From Histomonas meleagridis 2922-C6/04-290x (Eukaryota; Protista; Parabasalia), in assembly GCA_020184695.1 (NCBI GenBank), contig JAANOX010000231.1:1-64000 (forward strand): DNA of 64,000 nucleotides. The letters run 5' to 3'. Positions 57,858 through 64,000 of this stretch are shown here, one piece after another. The notes under the pieces are model-generated. The model worked only from the letters and a program-made list of their open reading frames with translations. It was not told where the DNA came from and searched no databases. Numbering within the stretch: the first letter of the stretch is position 1; each line of letters begins with the position of its first letter. The translations under genes were made by a program, and so were the position numbers.

Positions 57858-59015
57858 TCAGATTTTAGGATTCCTCTTTCTCTTGTAGTTATATTCGGCC
57901 TTCCATTGATTGTTCTGGAATTGTTCCCTCAAAATCACAGTTCTGTTCAAGAATTCATAGTTCTCACGAGCTTGAAGATCTTGTACGCCGCCAATGTAGT
58001 TGTTATTTTGGAAGTCAATTTTTCCGTTGATTTCACCTAATCGAATCTTTGATCGAATATGGGAAAGTGCTTCGTTCAATGGTATTCCTGTTTCTTCTTG
58101 GATTGTTTTGAGTGGTACTTCTGAGTAAAGACGGACAAAGTTGGAAATGACATTTGATCTGATGGCAGAGATAATTTCTTTGACGTTATGATGGGTATAA
58201 TATGAGTTGCCGAGAATGCGACAAAGATCGCTAAGACCTGAAACAAAGCTCTTGAAGTTACGTCCGGTGAAATCGCTACCAAGTGATACCAAAACTGGAT
58301 ATTCATAGTTGGTGTATTCAAAGGCTTGTGCAAGAATATCTTGGGCTTCGCTAGTTGTACGTGTAGCAAATGTGACAATAATAATCAAAATGACTATTTC
58401 ATATGGAGATATGAAAAGTTCAAGTTTTTGACCGCTACGAATTGTAACTAAGATATTAATAACCTTTGGAATCAATGAAGCTGCTAATTCAAATTGGTTA
58501 TCAGCTATTGAACATGCGAATAAAATGTCAACTGTTTTTGCTTTTTCAGCAAGAATTACAGCTTCCTTGAAGCGCCTAAGTGCAAGGTTGCATTCAGCTC
58601 TGGCTTTATAATACTTATCACCAACAGAAGCAGATTTAGACTTCTCTAGGGCAAAAGCCTTGGAAAAGTATTTGAGAGCATCTTCTACATAAAGGTTATG
58701 GTAGCTTTCTATAGCTTTGAGTAGTGGAGTCTTTTTGCCTTGATCTTTTCGAATTTCAGAGTCCATTGATTGTTTGCCACCTTTCTTTTCTTTCTTTCCG
58801 AAAATTATTCTGGATTCTCCCCTTTCTGCTGCCACAGCATTTTCACAAAGTCTACGATTTGATCGTTCATTTTCCAAATTTCGAAGATTTTCAATAATCA
58901 TTGCTTTTGCTGCTGAATCTGTTTCACCCCTTAAAAAGTGAAGGGAGTAGCAAACTGTTGCAAGGTTACTAAGACGTGCTGTGTATGTTGTGATGAGCCT
59001 TTGCCTTTCACTCAT
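57858..59015 (-). CDS. PCI-domain protein, COP9 signalosome subunit 1-like
   Basis: Helical repeats then YSEVPLKTI..IRLGEINGKID PCI winged helix. Confidence 0.75.
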   Translation of the reverse strand: MSERQRLITTYTARLSNLATVCYSLHFLRGETDSAAKAMIIENLRNLENERSNRRLCENAVAAERGESRIIFGKKEKKGGKQSMDSEIRKDQGKKTPLLKAIESYHNLYVEDALKYFSKAFALEKSKSASVGDKYYKARAECNLALRRFKEAVILAEKAKTVDILFACSIADNQFELAASLIPKVINILVTIRSGQKLELFISPYEIVILIIIVTFATRTTSEAQDILAQAFEYTNYEYPVLVSLGSDFTGRNFKSFVSGLSDLCRILGNSYYTHHNVKEIISAIRSNVISNFVRLYSEVPLKTIQEETGIPLNEALSHIRSKIRLGEINGKIDFQNNNYIGGVQDLQARENYEFLNRTVILREQFQNNQWKAEYNYKRKRNPKI

Positions 59016-59089
59016 TGCCTTTGTGAAAAAGTGCTATATGAAATTATGACAAATTTAATTGAATAATCTAAACGGTCTCATGTGATTTC

Positions 59090-60771
59090 GCACCCTTACC
59101 TTTAAAATACCCACTAAAGTAATGATATAGAGATTGATGGTAAAATTACTACTATTGGAGATTATGCTTTTCAAGTTGGCAATACAATTCAAACGATAAA
59201 ATTCTATAGCAAATCAATTACTTCAATTGGAGCCTACGCATTTAATTTTTATTATGAAATATATTATTTTGAGATTCCTACTACAGTTGAATCAATTGGA
59301 AATTATGCATTTTCAGGCTGGAAAATTTCATGTCTTGAAATAAATGAGAATTTAAAAACAATTGGATCTGGAGTTTTTGAATCAAGTCAAGTTGAAATGT
59401 TATATGTTAAAAGCGATAAAATATCAATACGATTAATCGTATTATGTTTTACTTCATATTTAAAGAGCGCTCTTGAAGAAGGAGTTACTGTCATTACTGA
59501 GTGATAAAATTCACCAAATTGAGAATTATACATTTTATAATTGTATTAAATTAGAAACAATTAATTTAAATGATAAAATTACTTTCATTGGTGATTATTC
59601 ATTTTATAATTGTCACCTAATTAAAGAATGTATAATACCAAACTCAGTAACAACAATAGGAAAATATGCATTTTATAATTTATCTAATTTAAATACATTA
59701 ATAATTGGAGGCTGCCAAACAATTGGTGAAAAAGCATTTGGATCTTGTATCGTTAAAAGTTTAACAACTTCAACACTTGTATCTCTTAATGATATTTTAG
59801 CTAATTCAAGAGAAAATTTAACAAATGTTATATTTGGTGATAAGATAACAAAAATAGAAAATGAAACATTTCATGATTTCAAGTATTTAGAAAATGTAAC
59901 ACTTCCAAATTCACTTATTTCAATTGGAGATAATGCATTTTTCTTTTGTCAAAGATTAAAGAACATTCAATTTCCTAATTCAATCAAATCAATTGGGTCT
60001 TCTGCATTTGCTTTTTGTGAATCACTTAAAGCTATTACAATACCAAATTCTCTTACGATTATTGAAAAGTATTCATTCCAAATGTGTCCATTAACATATA
60101 TTAATTTCCCAAATACAATAACAAAAATAATGGATGGAGCATTTTATAATTGCAATTTCGAAAATATTACTTTTCCAGATGAATTAACTTATATTGGAAG
60201 AGAAGCATTCAATCGTTGTTTTTTCTTAAAGAGTATAGTTCTTAAAGATAAAATTTCAGTGATTGAATATGGAGCATTTTATTATACTGAATTGGATTGT
60301 GTATTTTACTTAGGTGATAAACAACCTTCATACGTAGATAGAAGTGCATTCTCTAAGTTTTTCTATGTTATGGTGCCTGAATCTTATGATGACGGTTTGT
60401 TCGGTGAATGGAATGTAATCAAAGGCGAATATCTCGATGAATGTGTTTCATATATCCCAACAACGAGTATATCACAATCATTGTCTTCTGATTATAATAC
60501 AAATTCGCAATATATGAGTAATAGTGATGGTAATCAAGGATCTGACACAGATTCAACAGGAACTATAGCTGCTGTGGTCGTAGTGGTTGTTGTGGTTGTA
60601 ATTGGTGCTGCTGTAGGTGCTTTCTTCATAATTAGAAGAAGAAAACAAAAAATGGCAAACGATGCGCAAAATGTTTTCGAAGATGAGCCACAACTTGAAG
60701 AAATTGAAGAAAAAGAAGGTAATGGAAAAGGTGATGAACCAAACAATGAAGTTGATGACTTATTAGTTTGA
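59090..60771 (+). pseudogene. BspA-like protein with TM and acidic tail; frameshift(s) near 59440-59500
   Basis: TpLRR repeats start ~59130 in another frame than ORF 59473-60771; CVFYLG, TM IAAVVVVVVVVVIGAAVGAFFII-RRRK. Confidence 0.85.
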
Positions 60772-61020
60772 TCTGAGACTAAAACATTACCTACTTTTTA
60801 ATATTATTTTGGTGAAAGAAGTTTAAAGTTTTTTTTGGCTTCGTAAAAATCAAAAAAAAATGATCTTTTGAGTAATGGATAATGAAGTTTTGCTTTAACG
60901 ATTGGTTGAACAAAGAAGAAAAGAATTTGGTGATGTGAATGTTGACTTTTTGGTTATGCGCTCAAACAAGATTTTGAATGTAAACGTCTTTCATTGAATT
61001 AAGGATTTAACATCGGACAA

Positions 61021-63372
61021 ATGATTTCGGCTGCACAAGTTGGAAATAATATTAGACAAAACATAGCTAAACTATACCCAAATTATCATTCAATATTTAC
61101 ATGCGCAGCTCAAATTTATACAAATCTTCCAAATCTCAAAGAATGGACAAAATATTGTGAAGGTTATATAGACCTTTGTGTTGATGCACAAATTAATGTA
61201 TTTATCAATGTTTATTCATTTGACGAAAATAAATTAATTTTTCAACATGAACTTTATTATGATTTTATCAAAAGTCTTAAAAAAGTAACAAAAAATTTCT
61301 ATTCATTCACTTCAGATTCATGTATTATTGGAATGAATTTTTCCAATGCAATAGAAGCTGGTGAATTTGTTCAACAAATCAAGATTATTTCTCCTAAAAA
61401 ACAACGGCGTTTCCATAAAAATGAACCAAGATTTGCTATCACAGATCCAATTGAATCTCAACAAATGTTTTCAATTGTTCGTGATCAAAATGAAAAAATC
61501 TCTCTCAAATGTAATCCTCAACTTCGTCCACGTTTGAATGAACTCGGTCTTTCTCTTAACAGTGCCAATGAAACAGACACAGAAATGAGCACAATTAAGC
61601 ATATTGTTGATATTTCCAATCAATGTCCATCAATAGAAACTGATCAATCACCAGTAGAAGTACCACTTTCAACCCCCTCACGTCCACCCCCAGTGCAGCG
61701 CCCCTCTCCACCGCCAGTACAACTCCCTCCACAGCCACAATCTCACGACACATCTACAGATATTCCTCCTCCACCATCACACACTCCGCCGCCGCCTGTA
61801 GAGGAGCCCGAATCAGTGTATGGAATGCCGCCACCGCCTACGTCTACTCCTCCACCACCTGTCGAAGAGCCAGAGTCAGTGTACGGAATGCCCCCACCTC
61901 CGTCATCAACTCCGCCACCGCCAGCAGAAGAGCCAGAGTCGGTGTACGGAATGCCGCCGCCGCCTTTCATAGCTCCATCGCCTCCACAAGATGACGAAGA
62001 AAGTACTTCTTCTTCATCTTCATCATCTTCTTCTTCTGAAAAGAACGTGAATGAGTATGATATGCCTGCGCCGCCTGAAGCAGCGCCGCCTCCACCAGAA
62101 GAAGAAGAGAACGAAAATTATTACGAGGAAGCGCAACAAAATGCTAACGAAGAAGTTTACTTCCCAGAGCCACCTGAAGCAGTGCCTCCGCCGCCAGAAG
62201 AAGAAGGTAATGAAGAGTATTATATGCCTGCGCCACCTGAAGCAGTTCCGCCTCCGCCTGAAGAAGGTAATAACGAATATTATATGCCTGCGCCGCCTGA
62301 ATCAGTGCCGCCTCCACCAGATGAAGAAGAGAACGAAAATTATTACGAGGAAGCGCAACAAAATGCTAACGAAGAAGTTTACTTCCCAGAGCCGCCAGAG
62401 GCAGTTCCGCCTCCGCCTGAAGAAGGTAATGAAGAGTATTATATGCCTGCGCCGCCTGAAGCTGTTCCACCACCGCCTGAAGAATATAATGAAGAAGTTG
62501 AAATGCCGCCTCCACCAGAGGCAGTGCCACCGCCGCCAGAAGAATATAATGAAAATGTGGAATATTATAACGAGGATGAAACACAGCCGCAAATAGATGA
62601 CAACGAAAATGAATATGAATATAACGCATATGTTGAAATGCCGCCACCGCCAGAAGCAGTGCCGCCGCCGCCAGAAGAATATGGCGAAAATATCTATGAA
62701 GAGGCACAGCCTGCATATTATGAAAATGATAATGAAGTTGAAATGCCGCCGCCAGAGACATCGCCATTGCCACCGCAGGATGATAACGTCGAATATTATC
62801 ATGAAGTTGAGCAGCCGCAGGAAACAGAGACAGCGCAAACAGAAGAATACGAACACACAGAAGATGAAAATAATGTTGAAGCAAATGACAATGCCGCAGA
62901 AGCGCCGCACTCATCTTCATCTTCGTCGTCTTCGTCGTCATCATCGTCTTCTTCTTCAGACGATGATGAAATCGAACAGCCAAAAGTTACCAAAGAAGAA
63001 GAAGTCACTGCGGAAACAAAGCGCACAGAGAAAACCGAAGCCGCGCCGCAGCAAGTCGATAAGCCGCTGTTTCCTCGAGCGGGCGTACAGCATTGGGGCA
63101 ACATCATACACAAAGACAACAGACCAAAGCCACTACCACAGACACAACAGCCTCCGCAGCCACAACAAATGCAGCCAAAGCCACAGCCACAGCCAGCGCA
63201 AAAGGATGGGAAACAATTGACAAGAACGCAATTGCTCGCGCAGGCGTATCAGAGAGGAGAAAATAATGAGAGTTCAACAAATGTTGTGAAGGAGCAAATG
63301 CAGCCAAGAGTCAACAGGACATTGTTACTAGCACAGAAGTTCAACCAAAATATTGAAGACTCTAGAAAATAA
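61021..63372 (+). CDS. WH1/EVH1-domain proline-rich protein (WASP-like N-terminus)
   Basis: W..G.I.L..IFQHELYYDF..FYSF..IGMNFS..EAGEF WH1 pattern, basic/CRIB-like segment, then acidic MPAPPEAVPPPPEE repeats. Confidence 0.82.
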   Translation: MISAAQVGNNIRQNIAKLYPNYHSIFTCAAQIYTNLPNLKEWTKYCEGYIDLCVDAQINVFINVYSFDENKLIFQHELYYDFIKSLKKVTKNFYSFTSDSCIIGMNFSNAIEAGEFVQQIKIISPKKQRRFHKNEPRFAITDPIESQQMFSIVRDQNEKISLKCNPQLRPRLNELGLSLNSANETDTEMSTIKHIVDISNQCPSIETDQSPVEVPLSTPSRPPPVQRPSPPPVQLPPQPQSHDTSTDIPPPPSHTPPPPVEEPESVYGMPPPPTSTPPPPVEEPESVYGMPPPPSSTPPPPAEEPESVYGMPPPPFIAPSPPQDDEESTSSSSSSSSSSEKNVNEYDMPAPPEAAPPPPEEEENENYYEEAQQNANEEVYFPEPPEAVPPPPEEEGNEEYYMPAPPEAVPPPPEEGNNEYYMPAPPESVPPPPDEEENENYYEEAQQNANEEVYFPEPPEAVPPPPEEGNEEYYMPAPPEAVPPPPEEYNEEVEMPPPPEAVPPPPEEYNENVEYYNEDETQPQIDDNENEYEYNAYVEMPPPPEAVPPPPEEYGENIYEEAQPAYYENDNEVEMPPPETSPLPPQDDNVEYYHEVEQPQETETAQTEEYEHTEDENNVEANDNAAEAPHSSSSSSSSSSSSSSSSDDDEIEQPKVTKEEEVTAETKRTEKTEAAPQQVDKPLFPRAGVQHWGNIIHKDNRPKPLPQTQQPPQPQQMQPKPQPQPAQKDGKQLTRTQLLAQAYQRGENNESSTNVVKEQMQPRVNRTLLLAQKFNQNIEDSRK

Positions 63373-63679
63373 TTATAATTATATTTTATGGAAAAGCGGA
63401 AAGAAATGTAAAATTAACTTTCGAATTTCGGGAAATTGAATTGAATAAACATCAGTTGATAACAAAGTCATTAAATATGTTAAAACTTTAACAATTAAAA
63501 TTCATTATTTCTTATTCAATGAATAAATTTTGTATTAATAATAGTAATCAATCAATTAACAAAATTATGAATATCAAATATAATAATTATTTCTTTTTGT
63601 CCTTTTCAAAATTTAAAATAACATAAAAGGGATTTTGAATATACATAAAATGTAAATAAGAAAGTTTTAATAAAATGGT

Positions 63680-64000
63680 TTAGAAGCATTTACGGTGAAC
63701 TATTTCTGGCCCAGTTTCGTTGTATTCATCTCGAGTGATTATCATTTGTGGAAATGATGTAAGAGAAGCAAGAATTGATCCACCAATCCAAACTGCATAT
63801 TTACGTTCTGGAGGTGCAATAACTTTAATTTTTATTGATGGCGGTGCATGATTAACCATTTCTTTCTCCATACGCTCTGGAAGACCAGGAAACAGTGTAG
63901 TGCCGCCTGAAAGTACAATATTTCCATAAAGATCTTTTCGAACATCAATATCACATGTCATAATAGAATTAAATAAAACTTGATCAATACCTTCTAATTC
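63680..64000 (-). CDS. Actin-family protein (actin or Arp1-like), C-terminal part; runs off window
   Basis: [41 protein letters not shown]. Confidence 0.95.
   Translation of the reverse strand, partial: ELEGIDQVLFNSIMTCDIDVRKDLYGNIVLSGGTTLFPGLPERMEKEMVNHAPPSIKIKVIAPPERKYAVWIGGSILASLTSFPQMIITRDEYNETGPEIVHRKCF

Noticed and set aside
62051-63307. Long alternative-frame and antisense ORFs over the proline-rich gene (also 40356-40776, 19308-19595, 16620-16955, 13030-13386)
   Set aside because: Shadows of low-complexity or biased coding sequence on the real strand.

Overview
AT-rich eukaryotic DNA, most likely from a parabasalid (trichomonad/Histomonas-like protist). The evidence is BspA-type LRR genes, initiator-binding-domain (IBD) genes, DUF3447-ankyrin genes and intronless housekeeping genes in the standard code. 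The left 37 kb is a nested graveyard of mobile DNA interrupted by a small host island (proteasome beta5, membrane-anchored ubiquitin-fold, LRR protein, BspA). It holds two inverted, decayed copies of a virus-like cassette (Polinton-type rve integrase, amphipathic protein, basic protein) and a decayed CRESS-virus Rep. It also holds three mariners, two pogo remnants, a MITE, an asymmetric repeat element ending in hairpin+(GT)n, and a 5.2-kb long-TIR element carrying a Merlin/IS1595 transposase plus an intact lactococcin-972-like bacteriocin ORF. The right 27 kb is mostly host genes: secreted Zn-dependent phospholipase C, tRNA-Glu, two IBD proteins, RluA pseudouridine synthase, a 59-aa Tom22-like ORF missed by the ORF track, C2 protein, PCI protein, BspA, WH1/WASP-like protein and partial actin. 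The strongest leads are (1) the transposon-borne bacteriocin-like gene and (2) fixed-length 80-nt non-GT-AG interruptions at the same codon position of almost every ankyrin repeat in two genes. All family calls come from motif recognition by eye; no database search was run.
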